NCBI GenBank assembly: GCA_965552135.1
Contig: CBEVQY010000010.1
Coordinates: 1 to 64,000, forward strand
Source: an uncultured bacterium
GTDB taxonomy: Bacteria > UBP14 > UBA6098 > B30-G16
Direction: 5' to 3'
DNA length: 64,000 nucleotides
Translations under genes and position numbers: made by a program
The notes under the pieces: generated by a model
Database searches by the model: none
Seen by the model: only the letters and a program-made list of their open reading frames with translations
What the model was told of the DNA's origin: nothing
Part shown: positions 55,157 through 64,000 of the stretch, in pieces
Numbering within the stretch: position 1 is the first letter of the stretch
How the letters are laid out: every line of letters starts with the position of its first letter

Positions 55157-57147
55157 CGGCTCTTTCTACCTCCGCCGAGTTTGAAGACAAGCGGCTGCAG
55201 CCAGGGAATGCTCACCTTTCTGCCGTTCAACACGGCGGGTGTGAACTTCCAGTGGTATATAGCCTCGATGGCAGCCTTTTCGAAGATGCCCGGTGGGATC
55301 GCCACGACGACGCTTGCGCTTTTGGGGACGACGTTGCCGAGGGTATCTATTTGGAACTTCACGAGGACGACGCCCTCCAGTCCTGCGTCGCGGGCGCGCT
55401 GCGGATAGCCCAAAACCGCCGTCTTTACCGCAGCAGGGCGCTCCTGAAGCTCGGCGAAGTGATACTCGCCGCCGGAGGTTATGTACACCTCAAAAAGCGA
55501 GTCGGCAAGGCGCTTCAGATCGACATTTGCCAAAAGCTTTTTGTAGTCCTCGAGCAGGCTCTCCTCCTGCGTGCGCGTTGTGTCGATCTTCAGCTCGCCG
55601 CGACCTCCTTCGAGCTTTTTGGGCGCATAGGGTTTACCGCCAAGCTCAAGTATCTTGAACTGTACCCTGCGGCTCTTCTGCAGCTCCTCTTCGGTTGCGC
55701 CGCGCTCCTCCTCGCCGTAGCCGCGGTACGTCACCCGTGAGGAGTCGACGCCGTGGGAGGTGAGCCAGTCGTACACAGCCTTCGCGCGCTGCCGCGAAAG
55801 CCAAAGGTTGAACTCCGTGGAGCCTATCGAGTCGGCAAAGCCCTGAACCTCTATCTTCATGTCCGGGTACTGTGCCATAAGCTCGGCAACCCTCTCAAGC
55901 TCGGGCTTTGATTCTGCCCGAAGGTCCGACTTGCCGAAGTCGAAGAATATGTTCACAAGCTCCACGACGGAGCCCACGGCTATCCGCTTCAGCCTGAAGG
56001 TGTGGTGCAGCTCCTGGTAGCCCGCCTGGACCTTGACCTCGTAGTTTTCGGAGGCGAAGGCGTATCCCGGCGCAGAGACCGAGATCCCGTAGGTCTCCCC
56101 AGCCCTGAGCACAACGAAGAACTGCCCGGTGATGGAGTCGGTATTCGTTTTTTGCAAAAGCTTTCCGTCGGCGAGGCGCTCTATCTCCACCGTTGCGTAG
56201 ACGGGCGCGCCGGTTTCGGCGTCGACGACCCTGCCGACGAGTGTCGCTATGATCTGCGGACGCTGCCACTCCTCAAGGGGGTATGAGTATATGTCGAATC
56301 CGCCGTAGCCGCCGGGTCTGTCGGAGGCAAAGTAGATGAACTCCCCGGACCCCGGAACAGAGAAGAAGTAGTCGTTTCCGGCGGTGTTGACGGGTGGACC
56401 GATGTTCACGGGGTCAGACCACTTGCCGGTGGAGGTGTCGAGCCGGCTCATCACGACGTCTAATCCGCCCAGGCCACCGTGACCCGCCGATGAGAAGTAA
56501 AGGGTTCTGCCGTCTATGTGAAGGAAGGGTGATGTTTGGTCGCGCGCGTTGTTTATGGGATAGCCAAGGTTCTTCGCCTTGCTCCAGCCGTCGGGGGTTT
56601 TGTAGGTGAAGTAGATATCCATTCCGCCGAAGCCACCGAACCTGTCGGAGGCGAAAAAGAGCGTGTCGCCCGAGGGCGAGAGCGATGGATGTCCGTCCCA
56701 CCACGTTGAGTTGACCTTTTTGCCCAGGTTTCGCGGCTCGCTCCAGCCGTCGCCGCGGCGGTAGCAAACGTAGATATCACATTCGCCGTACGAGTCGGGT
56801 CTGCCGCAGATGGTGAGGTAAAGCTCCCTGCCGTCGGGCGATATGCACATCGCGCCCTCGTTGTACCTCGAGTTCACAGGCTCGCCGAGGTTTTCGGGGG
56901 TGCTCCACCTGCCGCCCTCCCAGCGCGATACGTAGATGTCCTCTCCGCCGAATCCGCCGTCGCGGGAGGAGGCGAAGTAGATCGTCCTTCCGTCGGGCAT
57001 CACAAAGGGCGCGAAGTCGCTTTTTGGGGAGTTCAGCTCGGTGATGTTAAGCGGTCCCACAGGGGATGCAGCCTCGGCGGAGGTGGAGTCGACCTGCCCC
57101 CGCGCGAAAGAAACCCAAAGCACAAAAGCCAAAAGCGCCACTGCCAT
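55153..57147 (-). CDS. PorE-like protein (PD40 repeats + carboxypeptidase-regulatory-like + OmpA-like) with C-terminal TonB domain
   Basis: Repeated LYFASxRxGGxGGxDIY/NLGxPVN, LVGRVVDAETG, NIFFDFGKS...GFADSIG...LSRQRA, then YPQRAR..GLEGVV.V.F.ID..G.V...WKFTPA..NG. Confidence 0.88.
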   Translation of the reverse strand: MAVALLAFVLWVSFARGQVDSTSAEAASPVGPLNITELNSPKSDFAPFVMPDGRTIYFASSRDGGFGGEDIYVSRWEGGRWSTPENLGEPVNSRYNEGAMCISPDGRELYLTICGRPDSYGECDIYVCYRRGDGWSEPRNLGKKVNSTWWDGHPSLSPSGDTLFFASDRFGGFGGMDIYFTYKTPDGWSKAKNLGYPINNARDQTSPFLHIDGRTLYFSSAGHGGLGGLDVVMSRLDTSTGKWSDPVNIGPPVNTAGNDYFFSVPGSGEFIYFASDRPGGYGGFDIYSYPLEEWQRPQIIATLVGRVVDAETGAPVYATVEIERLADGKLLQKTNTDSITGQFFVVLRAGETYGISVSAPGYAFASENYEVKVQAGYQELHHTFRLKRIAVGSVVELVNIFFDFGKSDLRAESKPELERVAELMAQYPDMKIEVQGFADSIGSTEFNLWLSRQRAKAVYDWLTSHGVDSSRVTYRGYGEEERGATEEELQKSRRVQFKILELGGKPYAPKKLEGGRGELKIDTTRTQEESLLEDYKKLLANVDLKRLADSLFEVYITSGGEYHFAELQERPAAVKTAVLGYPQRARDAGLEGVVLVKFQIDTLGNVVPKSASVVVAIPPGIFEKAAIEAIYHWKFTPAVLNGRKVSIPWLQPLVFKLGGGRKSR

Positions 57148-57230
57148 AGTCAAAACAATATCTCACGCGGTCCCCCGGCTGTCAAGCCTGTGGGCAGGAG
57201 GCTTCGGGCAATTTTTTTCGGAAAATCGAC

Positions 57231-57258
57231 TTGACACCGAAGACCAAGCTTCTATTTT
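57231..57258 (+). promoter_or_regulatory. sigma70-type promoter of the hdr operon
   Basis: TTGACA-N16-TATTTT. Confidence 0.5.
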
Positions 57259-57308
57259 TTGAAGCTACCTCTGATATCTTAAGGAACAAAAAGCGGGGAG
57301 AGACAGCC

Positions 57309-59714
57309 GTGAGGATCGGAGTGTATGTGTGTCACTGCGGCGGCAATATATCCGAGGTGGTTGATGTAAAGCGTCTTGTGGATTTTGCCAAGACGCAGCC
57401 CGACGTCGTCCACGCCAGGGACGTGGAGCATATGTGCTCCGAGCTGGGGCAAAGCTACATCGTTGAGGATATAAAGGAGCACAACCTCGACAGGGTTGTT
57501 GTTGCGGCGTGCTCGCCCCTTTTCCACGAGGAGACGTTCCGCGAGGTGGTCGAGAAGGCGGGGCTCAACCGCTACACGTTCGTGATGGCGAACATCCGCG
57601 AGCACTGCGCCTGGTGCCACTTCAGCTCGGAGGACACGAACCGCAAAGCGGAGGACATCCTCCGCGCGGCGATATCGAAGGTGAGGCTCACAGAACCCCT
57701 GGAGAGGAAGTCGTATCCCATAGGCAAGCGAGTGCTTGTGATAGGCGGCGGGATAGCTGGCATCCAGGCTGCCCTCGACCTCGGCGACTCGGGATTTGAG
57801 GTCCACCTCGTCGAAAGATACCCCACCATAGGCGGCAGGATGGCTCGCCTCTCCAAAACGTTCCCCACCGAGGACTGCGCCGTCTGTATCCTCTCGCCCA
57901 AGATGGCGGCTGTGCCGAAGAACCCAAACATAAAGCTCTACGACTACTCCGAGGTCGAGAGCATAAAAGGCAGCATAGGCAACTTCGAGGTCACTGTCGT
58001 TCGCAAGCCCCGCTACGTCGACCCGGACAAGTGCACAGCCTGCGGCACGTGCAGCGAAAAGTGCCCTGGAAGCGCTCCGAACGAGTTCAACTACGGGCTC
58101 GACAAAAGGAAGGCGATCTACATCCCCTGCGACTTCGCCGTCCCGAGGACGTATGTTATCGACCCCGACGCGTGCCTTTACTTCAAGACCGGCGGCAAGT
58201 GCGGGGTCTGCCAGAAGGTTTGCCCGGAGGGTGCCATCGACTTCACGCAGCAGCCAAAGCGCGAAACCTTCACCGTGGATACGATAATAGTTGCCACCGG
58301 GTTCGACGTCTTCGACGCGACGCAGATGAAGCAGTTTGGCTTCGGCAAATACAGCAACGTGATAACGGCGCCGCAGCTTGAGCGGATCATAGCCGCCGCT
58401 GGCTCGGGTGTCATCCTCAAGGCGCTTGGCAAAAGGATCGCCTTCGTGCAGTGCGTTGGCTCCCGCGACGAGCAGGTCGGAAACAACTACTGCTCCAGAA
58501 TCTGCTGCATGTTCGCCACGAAGCTTGCCCGCCTGCTCAAGCGAACCGACCCGACAAGGGAGATCTACATCTTCTACATCGACCTGCGCGCATACGGCAA
58601 GGGGTTTGAGGAGTACTACAGGCTTGCGCAGGAGTCGGGCATCAAGTACATAAGGGGCAAGGTCGCCCAGATAATCGAGGACCCTGAGACGAAGAAGGTC
58701 ACGGTGATCGCCGAGGACACCCTCAACAGGCAGATAATAAAGGCAGAGTTCGACCAGGTCGTTCTTTCGACGGGTATAGTTCCTTCCCCGACGACGACCA
58801 AGATTGCGGAGATGCTGGGTCTTGCCACAAGCCCCGACGGTTTTCTGCAGGAGGCGCACCCCAAGTTCAGACCTGTCGATACCCTCATAGACGGCGTTTT
58901 CCTTGCGGGCTGCTGCCAGGGACCGAAGGACATTCCAGACACCGTTGCCCAGGCGAGCGCCGCGGCATCGAGGGCGATAAGACTTATGAATAAGGGTCAG
59001 TTCGAGGTGGAGCCCACGATCGCATTCGTCCACAAGGAGCTCTGCGACGGCTGCGGGCTTTGCGTCGATGCATGCCCGCTGAACGCCATATCCATCGAGG
59101 ACGGCGTCGCCGTTATAAACGAGCTTGTTTGCAAGGGGTGCGGGCAGTGTCTCTCCGCCTGCCCGACCGAGGCGCTCGACATCAACTACTTCACCCACGA
59201 GCAGCTCCGAGCCGAGATCGACGCCGCTGTGGCGGGCAAGAAGAAGCCAAAGGATGTTCGCCTCATCGTGTTCGCCGACAACGTCTGTACCTACCGCCTC
59301 GCCGACAACGTAGGGACCGCGAAGATGTCGTACGCCAACGAGACGCGGATCATCCGCGTTCCGAGCGGAAGCCGCGTGACGCCAAAGCTCATCCTCTACG
59401 CCCTAAGCGCCGGCGCAGACGGAGTCTTCATAGGCGAGTGCGACAGGAAGGGTAATCCCTTCCCAGGCGCAGTGGACGCGATAGAGCGAAACGTCGAGCA
59501 GGTGCGCAAGATCCTCGAGGCCGAGGGGATCGAGCCGGATAGGGTCAGATACGCCGAGTTCATAACACCAATGCTTTCCGATTTCACGCAGAGCGTGAAC
59601 TTTATGACAAGATACCTCAAGCGCGAGGTTGAACCCATATCGGAGGAGAAGCGCAAAAAGCTTTGGGAGAACGTCGACGAAAAGCTTTTCGGCGAAAAGG
59701 TCGCAGGAGCGTAG
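57309..59714 (+). CDS. hdrA: heterodisulfide reductase subunit A with fused C-terminal MvhD/FlpD-like domain
   Basis: IGVYVCHCGGNI, NIREHC, GGGIAG, CVGSRD, CSRICC, GPKDIPD, ferredoxin motifs and an MvhD-like tail. Confidence 0.93.
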   Translation: MRIGVYVCHCGGNISEVVDVKRLVDFAKTQPDVVHARDVEHMCSELGQSYIVEDIKEHNLDRVVVAACSPLFHEETFREVVEKAGLNRYTFVMANIREHCAWCHFSSEDTNRKAEDILRAAISKVRLTEPLERKSYPIGKRVLVIGGGIAGIQAALDLGDSGFEVHLVERYPTIGGRMARLSKTFPTEDCAVCILSPKMAAVPKNPNIKLYDYSEVESIKGSIGNFEVTVVRKPRYVDPDKCTACGTCSEKCPGSAPNEFNYGLDKRKAIYIPCDFAVPRTYVIDPDACLYFKTGGKCGVCQKVCPEGAIDFTQQPKRETFTVDTIIVATGFDVFDATQMKQFGFGKYSNVITAPQLERIIAAAGSGVILKALGKRIAFVQCVGSRDEQVGNNYCSRICCMFATKLARLLKRTDPTREIYIFYIDLRAYGKGFEEYYRLAQESGIKYIRGKVAQIIEDPETKKVTVIAEDTLNRQIIKAEFDQVVLSTGIVPSPTTTKIAEMLGLATSPDGFLQEAHPKFRPVDTLIDGVFLAGCCQGPKDIPDTVAQASAAASRAIRLMNKGQFEVEPTIAFVHKELCDGCGLCVDACPLNAISIEDGVAVINELVCKGCGQCLSACPTEALDINYFTHEQLRAEIDAAVAGKKKPKDVRLIVFADNVCTYRLADNVGTAKMSYANETRIIRVPSGSRVTPKLILYALSAGADGVFIGECDRKGNPFPGAVDAIERNVEQVRKILEAEGIEPDRVRYAEFITPMLSDFTQSVNFMTRYLKREVEPISEEKRKKLWENVDEKLFGEKVAGA

Positions 59715-59717
59715 GGT

Positions 59718-60116
59718 ATGAACGAATACGCGCTTACCAAGAAGAACGAGGAGTTTCTGCAAGAGGTGCAGCGCATAAGCGGTGAGATCATCACCAACTG
59801 TATGCAGTGCGGCACCTGCTCCGGAAGTTGCCCGATGGTCAAGTTCATGGATATCTCGCCCTCGCAGATGATATTCAAGACGGTGCTGGGGCTTCCTGAG
59901 GTGCTCGACGCGAAGACGGTTTGGCTTTGCGCATCGTGCTTTACCTGCAGCGTCAGATGCCCGAGGGGGATCGATATCGCCAAGGTTGCCGATGCGCTGC
60001 GGCAGATGAAGGTCAGGCAGGCTATCGAGAGGATAAATCTGAGGCAGCTTCCGCAGGAGGAGCTCGCATCGCTGCCCGTCATAGCGCTGGTGAGCTCCGG
60101 AAGGAAGTTCACCTGA
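59718..60116 (+). CDS. hdrC: heterodisulfide reductase subunit C
   Basis: CMQCGTCSGSCP and WLCASCFTCSVRCPRG. Confidence 0.9.
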   Translation: MNEYALTKKNEEFLQEVQRISGEIITNCMQCGTCSGSCPMVKFMDISPSQMIFKTVLGLPEVLDAKTVWLCASCFTCSVRCPRGIDIAKVADALRQMKVRQAIERINLRQLPQEELASLPVIALVSSGRKFT

Positions 60117-60138
60117 TCGAAAGCGGGAGGATTACGAT

Positions 60139-61032
60139 ATGAAGCTTCTGTACTATCCCGGTTGCACGCTTAAGTCGGCGGCGAAGAACCTTGAGATTTC
60201 TGCGCTTGCCGCTGCCGAAGCTTTGGACATTGAGCTTGTTGAGCTTCCGCGATGGAACTGCTGCGGCGTTGTGCCCTCGATCGTCGCCGATGACCTCATG
60301 CGACACCTCGCACCCATACGAAACCTCATCCGCGTCCAGGAAGCCAACCGCGATGGACTCGTCGAAAACGACTACAGACTCGTCACACTCTGCCCCATGT
60401 GCTTCAACGTCCTTAAGGCGTCCAACATGAGGGTGAAGGAGAACCCCGAGGACCTGCAGAAGCTCAACGACTTTATGTACCTGGAGGAGGACTACGAGGG
60501 CAACGTTGAGGTTTTGCACTTCTACGAGGTGCTTGAGCAGATAGGCTGGGACGAGGTCAAGTCGCGCGTGAAGAAGCCTTTGGAGGGGCTTCGGGTTGCG
60601 CCTTACTACGGCTGCATGCTCATCCGCCCGAAGGAGGTAGGGATAGACGATCCCGAGGAGCCGCGCATAGGGCACAGGCTTTTGGAGGCTCTGGGCGCTG
60701 AGCCTGTGACCCATCCCTTCGCCACGCGCTGCTGCGGAAGCTTCCAGACGGTGCCCGAGAAGTACTCCGTCGCCGAGTCGACGTACGATATCGTTACGAT
60801 GGCGCGCAAACACGGCGCCGAGGCGCTTATGACGAGCTGCCCGCTTTGCGCCTTCAACCTCGACGCGCGACAGAAGGAAACGATGGAACTCCACCACGAC
60901 TTCCAGCCGATGCCCGTGTTCTACTTCTCGCAGCTTATGGCGCTGGCGTTCGACCTGGGCGAGGAAAAGTGCGGCTTCGAAATGAACTACATCGACCCAA
61001 AACCCTTGCTTGTGGAGAAGAATCTGCTTTGA
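60139..61032 (+). CDS. hdrB: heterodisulfide reductase subunit B
   Basis: Two CCG domains: YYPGC/WNCCG/CPMC and YYGC/CCG/CPLC. Confidence 0.92.
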   Translation: MKLLYYPGCTLKSAAKNLEISALAAAEALDIELVELPRWNCCGVVPSIVADDLMRHLAPIRNLIRVQEANRDGLVENDYRLVTLCPMCFNVLKASNMRVKENPEDLQKLNDFMYLEEDYEGNVEVLHFYEVLEQIGWDEVKSRVKKPLEGLRVAPYYGCMLIRPKEVGIDDPEEPRIGHRLLEALGAEPVTHPFATRCCGSFQTVPEKYSVAESTYDIVTMARKHGAEALMTSCPLCAFNLDARQKETMELHHDFQPMPVFYFSQLMALAFDLGEEKCGFEMNYIDPKPLLVEKNLL

Positions 61033-61060
61033 AGAAAATAAAAAATAAACGGGGGGAGCC

Positions 61061-61822
61061 ATGGCGGAGAAGAAGGACATAATGGAGCTCATCAGGGAGT
61101 CAAACAAGTCGGTGGTAAGCGGCATAGACGAGAAGGACATAAAGCACTGGGTGACGATTTACATCATGGGCAAGGCTTACCGCGTGCCGGCTGGTTTGAC
61201 CCTGATGCAGGCGATGGAGTATGCCGGTTATCGCTTCATCCGCTCCTGCGGTTGTAGGGCAGGCTTTTGCGGCGCATGCGCAACCATCTACCGCAAAGCG
61301 GACGACTATCGCCTGCACGGCGTCCTCGCCTGCCAAACACAGGTCGAAGACGGCATGTACCTCGTCCAGATCCCGTTTGCACCAGCCGAAAAACCAACGT
61401 ACGACATAAATGAGCTTGCCTACGACGTCTCGTCCGTGGTGAGCATCTACCCCGAGGCTACAAGGTGCGTTTCGTGCAATACCTGCACCAAAGCCTGCCC
61501 GCAGGACCTTAAGGTTATGGACTACGTCCAGGACGCCATAAAGGGCGACTTTGAGCGCGCTGCGAGGGAATCGTTCGACTGCATCCAGTGCGGGCTTTGC
61601 GCGGTAAGGTGCCCCGCCGAGATCGTCCAGTATCATCTTGCGCAGCTTGTGCGAAGGCTTTACGGGAAGTACGGCATGCCGCCCGAAAAGAACCTCAAAA
61701 AGCGCATAAAGGAGCTTGATCAGGGCAAGTTCGACGAGGAATTTGAAAAAGTCATGAACATGCCCCTCGAGGAGCTTAAGAAGCTTTACCGTGAGTATCA
61801 GGAGAACCGCGAGGTCTACTAA
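61061..61822 (+). CDS. SdhB/FrdB-like iron-sulfur protein (2Fe-2S + 2x4Fe-4S)
   Basis: CRAGFCGAC...LACQ, CVSCNTCTKACP and CIQCGLCAVRCP. Confidence 0.85.
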   Translation: MAEKKDIMELIRESNKSVVSGIDEKDIKHWVTIYIMGKAYRVPAGLTLMQAMEYAGYRFIRSCGCRAGFCGACATIYRKADDYRLHGVLACQTQVEDGMYLVQIPFAPAEKPTYDINELAYDVSSVVSIYPEATRCVSCNTCTKACPQDLKVMDYVQDAIKGDFERAARESFDCIQCGLCAVRCPAEIVQYHLAQLVRRLYGKYGMPPEKNLKKRIKELDQGKFDEEFEKVMNMPLEELKKLYREYQENREVY

Positions 61823-61837
61823 AAGGAGGCGAAGGGA

Positions 61838-63496
61838 ATGGCGGAATTCAAGCTTATTGATGGATATCCGGAATACATGCGAGAGTCGATAAAGAAGGTT
61901 GAGGAGACGCGCCCGAAGCGCGTTGGCGTTCTTCCTCCCCAGATGACCCCCGAGGAGCGCGAGGAGGTTTTGCACCTTTGCCATCCCGACTACGCTCCGG
62001 GCGGCAAGAGGAAGATATCCATCGGTCCCAACGCGGGCGATATCGCCCCCAACGAGGTCGTCGATCTCCTCGAGGCATATCCGCTCATCGAGCCCGGCGA
62101 GATAGACCTGAACAGGGTCGACTTCGAGACCGATATTCTGATAGTTGGCGGTGGTTTGGCTGGCACGAGCGCGGCGCTTCTGGCGAACGACTCGGGCATT
62201 CCGGCGGAAAGGATTCTCCTTACAAACAAGCTTCGCCACGGCGACGCGAATTCGATAATGGCTGAGGGCGGCACACAGGCTGCCGATCGACCCGAAGACA
62301 GCCCCGTCATCCACTGGATAGACGCTTACGGCGGCGGTCACTTCACGAACAAGCCCGATGTCCTGCGCGCCCTCGTAGAGGATGCGCCGAGGGTTATGCA
62401 GTGGCTGCTTGATCTGGGCGTCATGTTCGACAGGGACGAGAAGGGCAACTTCAGGGAACTCACGGGCGGCGGCACATCCCGCAGAAGGATGCACGCCTGC
62501 GCCGACTACACGGGGCTCGAGGAGCTCAGGGTGCTTAGGGACGAGTTCAGAAACAGGAAGATCCCCGTCCTTGAGTACTATCCCGTCATCGAGCTTCTCA
62601 CCGACGGCGACAGGGTCACGGGCGCCGTATTGTGGAACATGGAGACGGGCGAGTATAAGGTTGTCCGCGCAAAGGCGGTCATCCTTGCGACGGGCGGTTT
62701 CGGCAGGCTGCACATACGCGGCTTCCCCACAACGAACCACTACGGCGCAACGGCGGACGGCTTGGTTTTGGCGTATCGAGTTGGCGCGAAGCTCCGCGAT
62801 ACCGACACGGTGCAGTATCACCCCACGGGCGCAGCGTATCCGCAGCAGATAATAGGCTTGCTTCTCACCGAGAAGCTGCGCACAAGCGGCGCCCAGCCCG
62901 TGAACAAAAACGGCGAAGCCTTCGTGTTCCCTCTGGAGCCCAGGGACGTTGAGGCGGCGGCTATAATCAGGGAGTGCTACATAAACGACAACGGCGTCGT
63001 CACGCCGACGGGGATGCGCGGCGTTTGGCTCGATACGCCGCTTATAGACATCATCCACGGCAAGGGGACGATAGAAAGCTGGTTCCCCGGCATGGTCAGG
63101 ATGTTTAGGCGCTTTGGCATCGACATCACCAAGGACCCGGTGCTCGTTTTCCCGACGCTCCACTACCAGAACGGCGGCGTTGAGACTGATCCCCACGGTC
63201 ACACCAACGTCGAGGGGCTTTTTGTCGCCGGCGAGGTCTCGGGCGGCGTCCACGGCAAAAACAGGCTCATGGGCAACTCCACCCTCGACTGCCTCGTTTT
63301 CGGCAGACGCGCCGGAATGGCCGCCGCCGAGTACGTGAAGAAAGTCGACTTCGGCAAACTCACCCTCGATCACCTGACGCGGTACATCAACATGCTCAAG
63401 GAGGCGGGGATAAAGCCCGAGCGCAGAGCGCCCATCCTGCTGCCCGATTACCGCGGAAAAGCCGTCCTGGCGAGGATGATCGACATCTTCCGCTGA
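61838..63496 (+). CDS. fumarate reductase/succinate dehydrogenase/L-aspartate oxidase family flavoprotein
   Basis: GGGLAG, MAEGG, LATGG, QYHPT, LLTE, PRD, HYQNGG and HGKNRLMGNS motifs. Confidence 0.9.
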   Translation: MAEFKLIDGYPEYMRESIKKVEETRPKRVGVLPPQMTPEEREEVLHLCHPDYAPGGKRKISIGPNAGDIAPNEVVDLLEAYPLIEPGEIDLNRVDFETDILIVGGGLAGTSAALLANDSGIPAERILLTNKLRHGDANSIMAEGGTQAADRPEDSPVIHWIDAYGGGHFTNKPDVLRALVEDAPRVMQWLLDLGVMFDRDEKGNFRELTGGGTSRRRMHACADYTGLEELRVLRDEFRNRKIPVLEYYPVIELLTDGDRVTGAVLWNMETGEYKVVRAKAVILATGGFGRLHIRGFPTTNHYGATADGLVLAYRVGAKLRDTDTVQYHPTGAAYPQQIIGLLLTEKLRTSGAQPVNKNGEAFVFPLEPRDVEAAAIIRECYINDNGVVTPTGMRGVWLDTPLIDIIHGKGTIESWFPGMVRMFRRFGIDITKDPVLVFPTLHYQNGGVETDPHGHTNVEGLFVAGEVSGGVHGKNRLMGNSTLDCLVFGRRAGMAAAEYVKKVDFGKLTLDHLTRYINMLKEAGIKPERRAPILLPDYRGKAVLARMIDIFR

Positions 63497-63887
63497 TGTC
63501 TTTGGGCGGCGCGATTGAGGAAGAGGGGACGCGCAGGGTCGAAATCGGCTGTGCTTGGGTGAGCCAGAGGCAAGGATTTTGGCTCGCCTGAGGTCGTTGC
63601 GGTAGGTGGCCTCTGGTGTGTTGATCCGCTGTGTGTCCTTCTCGCGGGGGTGCCCTGAGAGCTCTCCCTTCGCCTAAGCGGGGTTCACGTCGTCGGGATT
63701 TCTCTGCAGCAGGTTTTGGGGCGACGTTCCCTCAGGGGCTGTTCATCGATTAAACCGCAGCTTACTCTCCGGTCGCCTTCGGATCTTTTGCAGCGCACAT
63801 ACTCCTGTGGATAGCTGCGCGGTGGCCTTTCTCGTCGCCAGAGCGCCGCCTTCGGAAGCAGCTGATGCAACCGTACCCAGGGCAGAG

Positions 63888-64000
63888 CTATACGGGCTGA
63901 GCTTCTTTGACAGCCTCGCCCTTCTTGCGGTACTTCGACATGTACTTCTCCAAAAACTCCTTCCGGATGCGCTTGAGCTCCATGTCGGGGAAGACGGAGA
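63888..64000 (-). CDS. 3' end of V/A-type ATP synthase subunit B (partial)
   Basis: My translation of the minus strand gives ...SVFPDMELKRIRKEFLEKYMSKYRKKGEAVKEAQPV*, matching the 'LPxxELKRIxxxxxEKY' terminus of NtpB/AtpB. Only 36 aa are visible. Confidence 0.7.
   Translation of the reverse strand, partial: SVFPDMELKRIRKEFLEKYMSKYRKKGEAVKEAQPV

Noticed and set aside
57309..59714. Selenocysteine recoding in hdrA/mvhD
   Set aside because: No in-frame TGA; the usual position reads Cys (DCAVC).
57279..63373. Antisense ORFs of 639 and 757 aa (likewise 20013-22226)
   Set aside because: Shadows of well-supported + strand genes.
63640..63690. Glycine-riboswitch-like words (GAAGG...CTCTCAGG) on the minus strand
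   Set aside because: The motif is incomplete and there is no downstream gene on that strand.

Overview
GC-rich bacterial chromosomal window, with no CRISPR array, rRNA or mobile element seen. The host is probably an anaerobic, non-Bacteroidota member of the FCB group (inference): it has type IX secretion (T9SS)-style sorting domains together with canonical sigma70 promoters, Shine-Dalgarno sites and HdrABC. The first ~43 kb is a cell-surface locus with seven secreted proteins carrying T9SS-like C-terminal domains (4 type A/FlgD-like, 3 type B 'NGDG'). Four of these are giant (1.6-2.9 kaa) acidic proteins built from alternating Cys-patterned Ig-like unit pairs. Three paralogous genes each fuse a PorP/SprF(PorV)-like barrel to CARDB and multiple OmpA-like peptidoglycan-binding domains, matching the three type B cargoes 1:1. 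This cargo/anchor system is the best candidate for an undescribed system. The rest is housekeeping: murI, histidine phosphatase, thiE, iscU, cysK, tRNA-Gln, nadD, FAD oxidase, aspS, sensor kinase, purD, tRNA-Val, recR, pcm, ptsI and an MBL hydrolase. It also holds three paralogous small membrane/coiled-coil proteins, a PorE-like protein fused to a TonB C-domain, and an hdrA(-degenerate mvhD)-hdrC-hdrB operon with a soluble fumarate-reductase-like Fe-S/flavoprotein pair. The window ends in the 3' end of a V/A-type ATPase subunit B gene. All family calls come from motif recognition by eye; no database searches were run.
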